Below, piece after piece: positions 22,391 to 32,054 of a stretch of 64,000 bases of DNA; positions within the stretch are counted from its first letter, which is position 1, and every line of letters starts with the position of its first letter. This DNA comes from Candidatus Zixiibacteriota bacterium (GTDB taxonomy: Bacteria > Zixibacteria > MSB-5A5 > JAABVY01). Where the stretch lies: NCBI GenBank assembly GCA_011056555.1, contig DSEQ01000009.1:16281-80280 (forward strand). Direction: 5' to 3'. The notes under the pieces were generated by a model that worked only from the letters and a program-made list of their open reading frames with translations, made no database searches and was not told where the DNA came from. A program made the translations under genes and the position numbers.

Positions 22391-23935
22391 ATGAATCCCC
22401 CAGATCATGAAATAACTGCAGAGACCGATATCGAGGTCGAAAAACTGGAGCCTCGTGAGGCATTGAAAGAAGTTATCATCTACAATCCGATGAAAAACCC
22501 GGAGAGGACCAACGCCACCATGGGCCGGGTAGCGGAGGTAATCGGTATAATCATTGAAGATGACGAGAAAGCGAAGTTTCTGGATGACAAATGCAAATCC
22601 AAAATCAAGGGACACGAACTCGACGAACCACTGACTGCTGATGAGGGCACGGCGATTGCCGATATACTCGCAACAGACCTCAATCGGGACCAGGTAAACC
22701 GCGCAGTCAGGCTTTTTTATGAATCGGAAATTTCCACCGAAGAGGTCGTGGCGATGCATAAGAACTACAAAATCCCTGTATCGCGCCTTGAAGACGATCT
22801 CCTGCCGGTGCGGGGAAAAGGCGCCCGGATTTGGGATTCAAAAGGCAAATCGTATATAGACCTCGACAGCAATTACAGCGCGACCAATCTTGGCAACGCC
22901 AATCCTGAAATTGCACGCGGACTTTATAATCAGGCCAATCTGCTGATCTCCCAGAAAGAGGATCGTATCCAGGTCGCCCGTACACGCTTCCTGCGCGAGA
23001 TCATTGGTATGATGCCGGGCGATCTCACTCATTTTTACTGGCAGAATTCGGGAGGAGAGGCGGTCGACAAATCGATCAAAATTGCCAAGGCATATACCGG
23101 ACATACCGGGGTAGTTGCCTTCGAGAATGGTTTCCATGGGCGTACTCATGGCGCGGTGGCGGTTACATATAACAAAATGTACAGAGAACCATTTGGACTC
23201 GATAAGGAATCATGGGTGCATTTCGCGCCCTTCGGGAATCTGGATGCTGTGGAAAAATTTCTATCCTCCGGCGATGCTAAATCAGTGATTCTGGAATTGA
23301 TCCAGGGCGAAGAAGCGGGGATCAATCCCGCCACACGGGAATTCGCTCACGGTTTGCGTGAACTTTGTGATAAGTATGATGCTCTTATGATTGCCGATGA
23401 AGTGCAGACCGGATTTGGACGTGTGGCCGAGGCCGACGATCAATGGTTTGCCAGCCATGTTTACGGCATCACGCCGGACATAATAACCATCGGCAAATCG
23501 TTCGGCGGCGGCTACCCGGTTACGGCAGTGGTTACCAAAAAGCATATCTCCGAGAAAATGCATCCGGGCATGGATGGTTCCACTTTTGGTGGTAATCCTA
23601 TGGCTATGGTGGCGGCCCTGATTGCCACACGCCAGATGAGAACCCTGGGTCTCCCCGGGCTGGCCGTCAAAAGATCGAAGGAATTTGCATCGGGGCTCAA
23701 AAATATAAAATCACCCATGTTAAAAGGATTTCGCACGGCGGGACTCATGATAGGTATCGATTTTGATTCCCGTGAGAACATGATAAAGGTACAGGAAGGC
23801 ATGAAGAAGTATGGTGCCCATTCATCCCTTTCCACCGGGCCGACCATGCGCTGGATGCCTCCCTTGGTTATCGAAAGCGATGAAGTGCAGGAAGTGCTGG
23901 GTGCTTTTCAGAAATCTTTGAATGATGCACAATAG
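22391..23935 (+). CDS. Class-III (ornithine/acetylornithine-type) aminotransferase with a ~120-aa N-terminal extension
   Basis: Core motifs RGKGARIWDSKGKSYIDL, FENGFHGRT, MIADEVQTGFGR and the PLP lysine in IGKSFGGG. I chose the ATG at 22391 because AAAAGGAG lies 6 nt upstream, although the track ORF opens at 22328. An internal ATG at 22754 would give a canonical-length enzyme. Confidence 0.85.
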   Translation: MNPPDHEITAETDIEVEKLEPREALKEVIIYNPMKNPERTNATMGRVAEVIGIIIEDDEKAKFLDDKCKSKIKGHELDEPLTADEGTAIADILATDLNRDQVNRAVRLFYESEISTEEVVAMHKNYKIPVSRLEDDLLPVRGKGARIWDSKGKSYIDLDSNYSATNLGNANPEIARGLYNQANLLISQKEDRIQVARTRFLREIIGMMPGDLTHFYWQNSGGEAVDKSIKIAKAYTGHTGVVAFENGFHGRTHGAVAVTYNKMYREPFGLDKESWVHFAPFGNLDAVEKFLSSGDAKSVILELIQGEEAGINPATREFAHGLRELCDKYDALMIADEVQTGFGRVAEADDQWFASHVYGITPDIITIGKSFGGGYPVTAVVTKKHISEKMHPGMDGSTFGGNPMAMVAALIATRQMRTLGLPGLAVKRSKEFASGLKNIKSPMLKGFRTAGLMIGIDFDSRENMIKVQEGMKKYGAHSSLSTGPTMRWMPPLVIESDEVQEVLGAFQKSLNDAQ

Positions 23936-23996
23936 GGAGCCGGCCGGGACCGAAGCAGGCAACCTCTGCGACCGAAACCAGATCTGAAAACAGTTG

Positions 23997-24024
23997 CGGC
24001 AGGTCCTCAGACCTGCCGTTTTTT
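23997..24024. terminator. Terminator between convergent aminotransferase and SSS transporter genes
   Basis: Perfect 9-bp stem CGGCAGGTC / GACCTGCCG, a 4-nt loop, then TTTTTT on the plus strand. The T-run overlaps the transporter stop codon. Confidence 0.65.
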
Positions 24025-25873
24025 ATTGCAATTTTGACCTCGTCTTAGATAACGCAGAGAAGGCGGTAAGAAGTGTAAAGGAAATAATCGATACGCCCAC
24101 CCCGAACACGGCCGGATCGAACTGATTCATGAATTCGTAGGTACGCTCGCTGAAAATCGCAAAATCGAATTTATCGTCGAGAACCATCATAAATCGATAC
24201 AGCAGGGTTATAACCGTAGCAGCCAGCATAGTAATAAATATATTGCGGGTCATTGTGCTGGAGCGTTTCTTGTAGATCGCACCCACTGATACTGGCAGAA
24301 TTATAGCCGGCGCCCAGACATGATATGTAAACAACAGCAGGCCGATAATATCAGACCACAGAACGGCAATCAGAATAGCAGTAACACCCAGCAGGGCAGT
24401 GCAGATTCGCGCCAGCCGTAATATTTTGCCGTCGCCCTTATCAGTCCAGCCCAGTTGATGTTCAAACAAGTCCTTCACAAAGATAGCGGTGGAGGAATTC
24501 AGCGCTGAGTCCGCCGACGACATCACCGCCATTAAAAGCGCGCCGATCATCAATCCCCCGATCACGGGATTATTCAGGGTCTGGACCACCATCGGAAGCG
24601 CCTGCTGTGGATCAATATCCGGATAATGCACCCGGGCATAAAGTGCAATGAAGAAGAGTACCACCGGAAAAGTGATTGCCAGGAAAAAACCTACACCGGC
24701 GATACCGATCCGCGTATTCCTGATATCTTTGCCAATACAATACCTTGTGGCGTAACCCGGGGCAAAGGTCTCTCCCAGGAAGAAGGCCAGAAATGTGGTA
24801 ATTAGAAACATCCAGCCCATGCCACCTTCAATCTTGAAGAAATTGGCGGAAATCTGCCTGTTGCGGGTTATCTCATCCGGATATGCATCCTGAATCAAGG
24901 ACAGGTTGAATTTGCGCAGCTCGCGATCTTTGAGATCAGCGCTCATAAACTCCAGCGTCTGGGGGCTCAGGTTGACATGCGCGAAGCGCGCCTTGCTGTA
25001 AAATTCTTTCTCAATCAAAAAATAATTGAAGATATCAACCAGTTCTTTCCGCAGTTCCGAAGAATCGCTCTCCGGCTCTCTTAGAATGTCCAATGACAGT
25101 TTTTCTGTCCCATTTATCCCCTCCCGTATATAGCGGGAGACAGAATCTGGAGAGTTCAAAATTGTCTCCGACAAACCTGCGGGATCGACAAAATCGGCGG
25201 TTCCGAATCTATTCGGCACAAATTTGCCGGTCTCGGAATTATAGGAATCCGAGATTGAGGGGATACAGAACAGCAGAGTGATTGCAAATCCCCCCAGAAG
25301 AACCATAAACTGAAATAAATCAGTATGAATAACCGCTAAAAGTCCGCCGGCCGTACTGTAAATCACCACCATTGCCCCGCCGATAATTATGGCCCAACGA
25401 AGGACGTTCTGCGAATCTGCAAATTCCGGCAGAATTGCTGACAGCACCGTGCCGAAAGCAGCCATTTGCGCCGCCACGATAAAGACTGAAAACAGAAGCG
25501 ATAGAATCAAGACCAGGAAGCGCGGCCTCTCGCCGTAACGATGACCGAAATATCCGGCCACAGTGTAAAGCTCGGCTTCGCGAAACTGCGGCGCCACAAC
25601 CAGTCCGGAGAAGATAAAATGAAAATATCCGCCGGTCGATACCAGGAGCCAGAGGATGCCAAATTCGTAAGTATGGCCGATATTGCCAATCGAATAACCC
25701 CCGCCTATTACAGTCGCACCCATGGTAGCGAAGAGCATGAACCAGCCGACATTACGTCCGGCCACAAGGAAATCATCGGAAGTACCAACTTTCCTTACTT
25801 TCAGAACACCCTTGGTAAAGATGAAGATCATGTAGGCGATTACAATGCCCCATAAGATAAGACGTTCACTCAT
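24023..25873 (-). CDS. Sodium:solute symporter (SSS) family transporter with a large hydrophilic insert
   Basis: 616-aa polytopic protein. DFLVAGRNVGWFMLFATMGATVIGGGYSIG is an SSS N-terminal signature. Residues ~207-350 are hydrophilic. Confidence 0.85.
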   Translation of the reverse strand: MSERLILWGIVIAYMIFIFTKGVLKVRKVGTSDDFLVAGRNVGWFMLFATMGATVIGGGYSIGNIGHTYEFGILWLLVSTGGYFHFIFSGLVVAPQFREAELYTVAGYFGHRYGERPRFLVLILSLLFSVFIVAAQMAAFGTVLSAILPEFADSQNVLRWAIIIGGAMVVIYSTAGGLLAVIHTDLFQFMVLLGGFAITLLFCIPSISDSYNSETGKFVPNRFGTADFVDPAGLSETILNSPDSVSRYIREGINGTEKLSLDILREPESDSSELRKELVDIFNYFLIEKEFYSKARFAHVNLSPQTLEFMSADLKDRELRKFNLSLIQDAYPDEITRNRQISANFFKIEGGMGWMFLITTFLAFFLGETFAPGYATRYCIGKDIRNTRIGIAGVGFFLAITFPVVLFFIALYARVHYPDIDPQQALPMVVQTLNNPVIGGLMIGALLMAVMSSADSALNSSTAIFVKDLFEHQLGWTDKGDGKILRLARICTALLGVTAILIAVLWSDIIGLLLFTYHVWAPAIILPVSVGAIYKKRSSTMTRNIFITMLAATVITLLYRFMMVLDDKFDFAIFSERTYEFMNQFDPAVFGVGVSIISFTLLTAFSALSKTRSKLQ

Positions 25874-25986
25874 TGGCTGATCCCTCCCTGAATATGGGCC
25901 AACAGAACTGCTGCGGTATGGTAAGAGGTCTTATGCAGATTTATCTTTAGTCTTGAATCCCAGTCTGAGAAGATGAAGTCTTCCTC

Positions 25987-27144
25987 CTATGATTCTATCT
26001 CATCCAGCACCGGCTCAATTTTCGATTTGCCTTTCTTGCCCAGCTTTTGCTCGAATACATCCAATGAGGGTACTATGGCTTTTTCCAGATAACGTCCGCT
26101 CATCAATCTCAGGAGCGCGGAATAATTGCACCTGAATTTGATCGTGTCGCCGACTTTCAAACCATCCGGATTATCACCCAGGTTCACCACTACTATATCA
26201 CTGGAGGCTCCGGCGATCCTGTGTTCGGGGTCGATCGGAGTCAAACCCCCGACATCAGTGTCGAGCTGGCCTACGCTGACCAGGGCGCGATACCCCCGCT
26301 GCCCCGGGGCTATTTCCTCATCGTCATCGGGCGAAAATGGTGTGGGTGTAGAAGTTCCTGTTTCGGCGGCGGTTGCCAGATTCTTCTCCTTCATTTCCGC
26401 AATCTCAGCCTCCAGCAGAACGACATCGTCACGAAGCTCGGGCAGTGTCCCGCCGTTAATCAGATCCGTGCCCAGAAATATTGCCTCTCCGATCCTGAAA
26501 TGGTTGATGGCCTTTGGAAGGGTCTTCTCGATTAAAAGAGGGAGCACCGCCGTCGATCCGCCCGAGATCATGGAAAGTTTGTGCTGGAACTTCAGCTCCA
26601 AGAGCTCGCGGTACAGTATCAGCTGCATGAATTGATCTATAGACGGCACCGCGCCCGCGAGACATCCCAGGTTGGCGCCGATCCCCAGAACCTCGATATT
26701 CGAAAGATGAAATACTTCTTGATAAAATTTAATCAACGAACCGGGAAGGATACCCTCACGAAGATCGCCCAGTTCGATCATTATTATGATCCTGTGGATT
26801 TTATCCTGCAACGCTGCTTCTCTATTGAGCTCGTTGATCACATCAATTTCGCTGTTCAGGCTGACATCCGACAGCGAAATGACATCATGTATCGAGGAGA
26901 GATCCGGTACGCGCAGGTACCATGTCTCGAAGTCGCCGACCGATTTGCGTATCGCTGCGAAATTCTCCAAGCGCGAGTCGCCTATGGAATTGACTCCCAG
27001 CATTTTCAGTGCCTTGACAGTTTCAATATGACCGCAGAGAACCTTGGTGACTACTGTCCAGCTTGCCCCATGCTTCTTCATCCAGCGATTAATTGTCGCC
27101 AGGTTATGCTGGAGTATGTCAAGATTTATGGTTACCCTGTTCAT
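25987..27144 (-). CDS. Alanine/ornithine racemase-family PLP enzyme (COG3457-type predicted amino-acid racemase)
   Basis: ASWTVVTKVLCGHIETVKALKMLGVNSIGDSRLEN matches the PLP-lysine region of the ornithine racemase/YhfX group. The protein has a TIM-barrel plus C-terminal beta-domain layout. The product is 385 aa. Confidence 0.75.
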   Translation of the reverse strand: MNRVTINLDILQHNLATINRWMKKHGASWTVVTKVLCGHIETVKALKMLGVNSIGDSRLENFAAIRKSVGDFETWYLRVPDLSSIHDVISLSDVSLNSEIDVINELNREAALQDKIHRIIIMIELGDLREGILPGSLIKFYQEVFHLSNIEVLGIGANLGCLAGAVPSIDQFMQLILYRELLELKFQHKLSMISGGSTAVLPLLIEKTLPKAINHFRIGEAIFLGTDLINGGTLPELRDDVVLLEAEIAEMKEKNLATAAETGTSTPTPFSPDDDEEIAPGQRGYRALVSVGQLDTDVGGLTPIDPEHRIAGASSDIVVVNLGDNPDGLKVGDTIKFRCNYSALLRLMSGRYLEKAIVPSLDVFEQKLGKKGKSKIEPVLDEIES

Positions 27145-27629
27145 TTGGTATACCTCATCTCGGCATATTTTGTGGTCATCCCCAGCCGTTCATAAAGCTT
27201 CTTGGCCGGATTGTCATATTCTACATGAAGTTTCACATCCCCCTCAGCCTTATCGAAGCTGTACTTGACAATCTCTCCGCCGATCCCCTTGCCGCGGGCA
27301 ACCGGATCGACCGCTATAAAGAGCAGGATATTGGGAGGAATATAACCGCCCATATCGGTATGCAGCATTACCAGGGCACCCACCGGCTGTTTTTCGATCT
27401 CACCAATCAGGATGAATCCGCCCTTGCCCTCGGCATCGGAAAATGCATAGTCGATCGCTCTTTTAATATCCTCAACCGTATCTTCGTAGGGCTTCAGGCT
27501 TTCATGCAGAAAGCGCGCCAGCTCATCAACGGTAATCCAGTCCGGCATCTCCTCCGGTTTATGCACTTCGTGTATCTTCAGGTTCTCTTTGCTGATCTTA
27601 TTCTTGTCAAGCTTACTTTCAGTTGCCAT
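27141..27629 (-). CDS. GNAT-family N-acetyltransferase
   Basis: 162 aa. IAVDPVARGKGIGGEIV is the Q/RxxGxG/A acetyl-CoA motif. The stop overlaps the racemase start by 4 nt. Confidence 0.8.
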   Translation of the reverse strand: MATESKLDKNKISKENLKIHEVHKPEEMPDWITVDELARFLHESLKPYEDTVEDIKRAIDYAFSDAEGKGGFILIGEIEKQPVGALVMLHTDMGGYIPPNILLFIAVDPVARGKGIGGEIVKYSFDKAEGDVKLHVEYDNPAKKLYERLGMTTKYAEMRYTK

Positions 27630-27631
27630 TC

Positions 27632-28210
27632 TTAATTCCCTTCTTTTGCTGATCCGTTTCCTTCATCCGGATCGTTTTGTTCGTCGATAACTGTTATTTC
27701 CGATGCCTCCAGTGGATGGCTGGATAAAAAGGGCGAGGCATCAAGCTTATCGGCACCCATCATAAGCGCTATCCTGTTGAGCGAATTCAGAATCTGGGTC
27801 TTCTCGCTCTCATCCAGATTACTGAATTCGGCCAGAAATTTTTCCTGCAGCAGGGGAGGAGCATTCTCCAGGATTTTTCGAGCGGATTCTGTACCCCGCA
27901 CAAATACCTGACGACGATCCCTCGATCCCCGCCGCCTTTCCACCAGACCCCTGCGCTCCAGACGGTCGATAATACCAGTCACCGTGGCGTTACTCAGGCT
28001 GGCGGTTTTGGCCAGTTCACCCAGAGAGGTCTCCCTGTTTTTCATAATTGATTGCAATAGAAGGAGTTGCGGTCCCGTAAGGCTGTAGTCCTGGACAAGC
28101 CGCCGAGAATGCAGATCAATTGCGCGCATAATACGTCTGAGCGCCACAATCACCTGATCCGAGTATTTTATTTCCGTATCAACCATCTTTTCTATACAAA
28201 TATTTTGCAC
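27632..28210 (-). CDS. MarR-family transcriptional regulator with an acidic C-terminal tail
   Basis: Winged-HTH region LGELAKTASLSNATVTGIIDRLERRGLVERRRGSRDRRQVFV. It lies 2 nt upstream of the GNAT gene. Confidence 0.85.
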   Translation of the reverse strand: MQNICIEKMVDTEIKYSDQVIVALRRIMRAIDLHSRRLVQDYSLTGPQLLLLQSIMKNRETSLGELAKTASLSNATVTGIIDRLERRGLVERRRGSRDRRQVFVRGTESARKILENAPPLLQEKFLAEFSNLDESEKTQILNSLNRIALMMGADKLDASPFLSSHPLEASEITVIDEQNDPDEGNGSAKEGN

Positions 28211-28330
28211 GCTAAATATCTACGAATTAATTAATAAGTCAAGATAATTTTTCATAGAAAATTAGCCCTTCATCAACTGTTCTTAATCTATAACATGATG
28301 TAAGCAAAGAAGTTCCGGGATGGCCCGGGC

Positions 28331-28819
28331 TTATTTCTGGCTGCTTTTGTAAACATCGGGTGTTTCTTGAGGATATTCCTGATCCCGTAATTCCGGCCGG
28401 CGAACCTTCCCTCCCAGATGCGCTGTCCAGAGCATCAGAGCGGCGCTCAATATTGCCACCAGCAGGGTAGCGATCACTGTCCAGGAGGGCATCTTCGAGC
28501 GGACTTTCCATACTGCAAGCGAAATCAGCGCCAGTGCGCCCATGATAAGCGAGACAATAAAGGCAAGCTCGGCTGCCTCCTCGTGTTCATGAGCCATCTC
28601 CTCAGACACCCCTGGCTGGTGTTCGATTTCCTCCTCTGCCGGTTCCCCCGTCAAATAAGTGGGAACTGCAAAAACTGCAAATATTAGAAGCATGGCCAGA
28701 GACGTTTTAATAAGCAGGGCCTTTTTGAAAACCAGACCTGTAATCAAAATTGCAAGCCCGATCAAAATACCAATTACAGGAACGTGATTCAATAAGATAT
28801 GAAGGTATGCCGAACTCAT
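28331..28819 (-). CDS. Hypothetical integral membrane protein (four predicted TM helices)
   Basis: 162 aa with four hydrophobic segments and an acidic, His-rich loop (EEEIEHQPGVSEEMAHEHEEAAE). I could not assign a family. Confidence 0.5.
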   Translation of the reverse strand: MSSAYLHILLNHVPVIGILIGLAILITGLVFKKALLIKTSLAMLLIFAVFAVPTYLTGEPAEEEIEHQPGVSEEMAHEHEEAAELAFIVSLIMGALALISLAVWKVRSKMPSWTVIATLLVAILSAALMLWTAHLGGKVRRPELRDQEYPQETPDVYKSSQK

Positions 28820-28849
28820 ATTACTCCCCTTTGTTCATTATTCCAGATT

Positions 28850-29614
28850 TTAATTTCTAAGATAAGAAGCCCCATTGATATCGACAATGCTTCCGGTCAT
28901 ATATTCCGGAGCATCCGAAGCAAGGTATTCAACCAGTCCGGCGATCTCATCCGGGCTTGCGGCGCGATTCAACGGGCTCTGGGCGCGCACTTCATCCCCC
29001 CCGGGACCCTCCAGAGTATCCTTAACCATATCCGTTTCGACATATCCGGGAGCAACTGTATATACGAATATCTTGAGGGGTGCCAACGCTTTGGCCAGGG
29101 ATTGGCTCATGGAATTCATACCTGCTTTGCTGGCGCCATAGGCAGGGGCATCCGGCTCGCCCCGAAATGCTCCACGTGAAGAAATATTGATGATCCTCCC
29201 TCCTGCATTCTTAATCATTTGCCGGGCAACAAAATAGGCAAGATCGGCGGGGCCGATAAGGTTGGTGTAAATTGTCTCTTTCCAGGCCTTCTGCCAGTCC
29301 TCGAAGCTGGTTTCCGCCGGGGGATGTTCGATAAAAACCCCGGCATTGTTCACCAGCACATCAACTCTTCCCATAGCCTGCATGACATTATTAACCATCG
29401 CCTGCAACGATTCTGAATCCGCCAGATCCGCCTGCGAGACCTGATGAGATTTACCCGGAAGTTCAGCCAGAGTTTTTTCGGCCCCGGCCTTGTTCTTATT
29501 ATAATGCACTATGACCCGATAGCCTTTCTCAGCAAATCTTTTCGCAACAGCCTTACCTATTCCCCGTGATGCTCCTGTTACCAATACAACTTTGCTTTCC
29601 AAATCGACGCCCAT
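28850..29614 (-). CDS. Short-chain dehydrogenase/reductase (FabG-like)
   Basis: TGASRGIG cofactor motif, NNAG, and the catalytic YGASKAG. Confidence 0.9.
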   Translation of the reverse strand: MGVDLESKVVLVTGASRGIGKAVAKRFAEKGYRVIVHYNKNKAGAEKTLAELPGKSHQVSQADLADSESLQAMVNNVMQAMGRVDVLVNNAGVFIEHPPAETSFEDWQKAWKETIYTNLIGPADLAYFVARQMIKNAGGRIINISSRGAFRGEPDAPAYGASKAGMNSMSQSLAKALAPLKIFVYTVAPGYVETDMVKDTLEGPGGDEVRAQSPLNRAASPDEIAGLVEYLASDAPEYMTGSIVDINGASYLRN

Positions 29615-29781
29615 ACTGTCTCCTCCCGATGGATTTACCAGACAAGCTCTTGATTGTGGCGCCCTCCATTCAGCCGCCAGTAATTTAAACCTGTCCTGAT
29701 ACTATGTCAAACCTTGAAATGCCAAAAATTTCGGCTTGTTCCCCCTGAGTCAGCACCACCAGCCTTGACAGAGAAGCGGGA

Positions 29782-31785
29782 CTATTTCTTGCCGGCCTTA
29801 ATCAGTTTCTGAAACCTGCTTATATGCTCCACATCTCCCAAGACATAGAGCGTATCTTCGGCTTCAATCCTGGATGGCCCATCCGGGCTGGTGATAACCC
29901 TGTCCCCCCTCTGAATGGCAATCACTGTAATCCCATGCTTCCTTCTGAGATCAGTCTCCATCAATGTTTTCCCGGCTAATTCGGCTTTTTTATCAACCCT
30001 GAGCGAGCAGACATCAATATCCGAAAGATGGCGCTTGAGGTCAGAGACACTGGAAGTCCTGCGTGAAAGCCCGCGGAACATCTGGTAACTGTCCGCCCTG
30101 ACCTCATCTATGAATTTATCGATCTCCTCGCGCGGCACCAGGTATTTCATCAGCACCTGAGTGAAAATCTCGACTGATGTCTCGAATTCCTCTGGTATCA
30201 CATTATCCGCTCCCAGGTCATATAACGGTTTCATTTCCTGCACAAAACGTGTCCTGACAATTATATGAACACGCGGGTTCATGCGCCGGGCCAGCGCGGT
30301 AATGCGCCGGGTAGCGCTGGGATCGGCAATCGTAATAACGAGAATGCGCGCCTTTTTAATGGCGGCCTGGTGCAGGGCGGCCTCGCCTGTGGCATCACCG
30401 TAAAATATCGGCTCACCCTTCTCCCGCTCCTGGTTGACTGTATCCGGATTCATTTCAATTACTCTGTAATCTATATTCGAGGCCCTGGCTGCACGGGCAA
30501 CATTGCGACCATTGATCCCAAAGCCGATTATTATAAGGTGATCATCCAGGGCTTCGGCAGAAACATGCTTATTTTCTCCCATTGCAATATATGATCCGCT
30601 TTTGTATTTCCTCAGGAAGGGCCAGTCCGACATCCTCTCCGCAAGGCCCGGGGCGGCAGACATGATGAAAGGCGTGACACCCATGGTTAGAATCGAAACC
30701 GCTATAAATCTCTGATATAGATCGCCGTCGATCAGGTTAAACTCCAGTCCGACCCTGGAAAGAATAAACGAAAATTCACCTACCTGGCCCAGGGAAAGTC
30801 CGGCAATTAAAGCCGCACGGCTGGACATCCCCAGAAGCAAAGCCACTCCTGCGGCCAATCCGCTTTTTACGAAAAGGACCAACACAGCACCGCCGGCAAT
30901 TAGAAACGGATTTTCCAGAAAGAACGATATATCCAGAAGCATGCCCACGGATACAAAGAAGAAACTTGTGAAGACCTCCTTGAAGGGCAGGATTCCCTCC
31001 AGCGCTCTATGGCTGTATTCGGATTCGGAGATTACCAGGCCCGCAAGAAATGCTCCCAGTCCCAGCGACAAGCCGGCCTGTGATGTCAGCCAGGCCACGG
31101 CCATTCCGATTACAACTATGCTCAATAGAAAGAGTTCGCGGCTCTGGGTACGGGTTATCTGGTATAATATTCCCGGCACCAGGTAGCGCGCGGTCAGAAC
31201 TACAAGTATAATAACCGCCAGGGCCTTGACAACAAGCATTAAGGGCGATGATCCGGTATGACCCTCAGCCCCGGCCAGGAGAGGGGTGAAAATCATCATC
31301 GGCACTATGATTATATCCTGGAAGATCAATATTGAAAGTACCACCCGTCCATGCGGACTGGCGATTTCGACCTTTTCCTGGAGCACACGCAGGACAATCG
31401 CGGTGCTGCTCAATGCTATCAGGCAGCCGATGAAAAAGGCCCGGGAGGGCTCCTGCCCGAGCTGTATGGCCACCAGGTAGGCAAGTGCTATTGTCAGCAA
31501 CACCTGCAATGTACCCCCCAGCATCACCAGGCGTTTCGAGCGCAGCAGGCTGCGGAATGAAAACTCGATTCCAATCGAAAACAGGAGCAGGATCACGCCA
31601 ATCTCCGCCAGAACCTCTACATCATGTATTGACCTGACGATGCCAAGCGCAGATGGCCCGATTAATAGCCCGGTTACCAGAAATCCAACGATCGAGGGTA
31701 TGCCCAGGCGATGACATATAAAGAGGACGACGACGGAACACCCAAAAATTACAACTATGTCCTGGAGAATCGGAATTTCACCCAC
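29782..31785 (-). CDS. CPA2-family monovalent cation:proton antiporter with RCK (TrkA-N/TrkA-C) domains (KefB/KefC-like)
   Basis: 667 aa. The N-terminus is a polytopic Na+/H+ exchanger domain. It is followed by IIIGFGINGRNVARA (a Rossmann GxGxxG) and a C-terminal TrkA-C-like segment. Confidence 0.9.
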   Translation of the reverse strand: MGEIPILQDIVVIFGCSVVVLFICHRLGIPSIVGFLVTGLLIGPSALGIVRSIHDVEVLAEIGVILLLFSIGIEFSFRSLLRSKRLVMLGGTLQVLLTIALAYLVAIQLGQEPSRAFFIGCLIALSSTAIVLRVLQEKVEIASPHGRVVLSILIFQDIIIVPMMIFTPLLAGAEGHTGSSPLMLVVKALAVIILVVLTARYLVPGILYQITRTQSRELFLLSIVVIGMAVAWLTSQAGLSLGLGAFLAGLVISESEYSHRALEGILPFKEVFTSFFFVSVGMLLDISFFLENPFLIAGGAVLVLFVKSGLAAGVALLLGMSSRAALIAGLSLGQVGEFSFILSRVGLEFNLIDGDLYQRFIAVSILTMGVTPFIMSAAPGLAERMSDWPFLRKYKSGSYIAMGENKHVSAEALDDHLIIIGFGINGRNVARAARASNIDYRVIEMNPDTVNQEREKGEPIFYGDATGEAALHQAAIKKARILVITIADPSATRRITALARRMNPRVHIIVRTRFVQEMKPLYDLGADNVIPEEFETSVEIFTQVLMKYLVPREEIDKFIDEVRADSYQMFRGLSRRTSSVSDLKRHLSDIDVCSLRVDKKAELAGKTLMETDLRRKHGITVIAIQRGDRVITSPDGPSRIEAEDTLYVLGDVEHISRFQKLIKAGKK

Positions 31786-32054
31786 TCAGGAGTTCCTTTC
31801 AAATACTTTCGCGCCATGTTTTCGGTGGAACAACCGAAACCGTTCACCCCAAGTTAATTAAGATCAGCTTTTGATTACAAGTAAAAAAGCTGTTTAATTT
31901 GGATTTCAGGTATACCCGGGACGACCTATGCCCTCGATGATCGTCTGTATCGGCAGGGAGGACGGCAAATTATTTACAACAAATGTATTGCCATATTTTC
32001 AACACTTATATAATTTGTTTAAGCCTTGATAAAAAACTATAATCCGGGGCCGAT

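Noticed and set aside
22265-22759. 164-aa minus-strand ORF in the divergent region
   Set aside because: It overlaps the aminotransferase 5' extension in antisense, has no ribosome-binding site, and has an implausible hydrophobic, Phe-rich composition.
19648-28210. Ectoine (ectABC) or Ne-acetyl-beta-lysine biosynthesis cluster, suggested by MarR + GNAT + class-III aminotransferase
   Set aside because: No EctC-type synthase or lysine 2,3-aminomutase is present in the island. The presence of two racemases, an importer and an M20 deacylase fits catabolism or salvage better.
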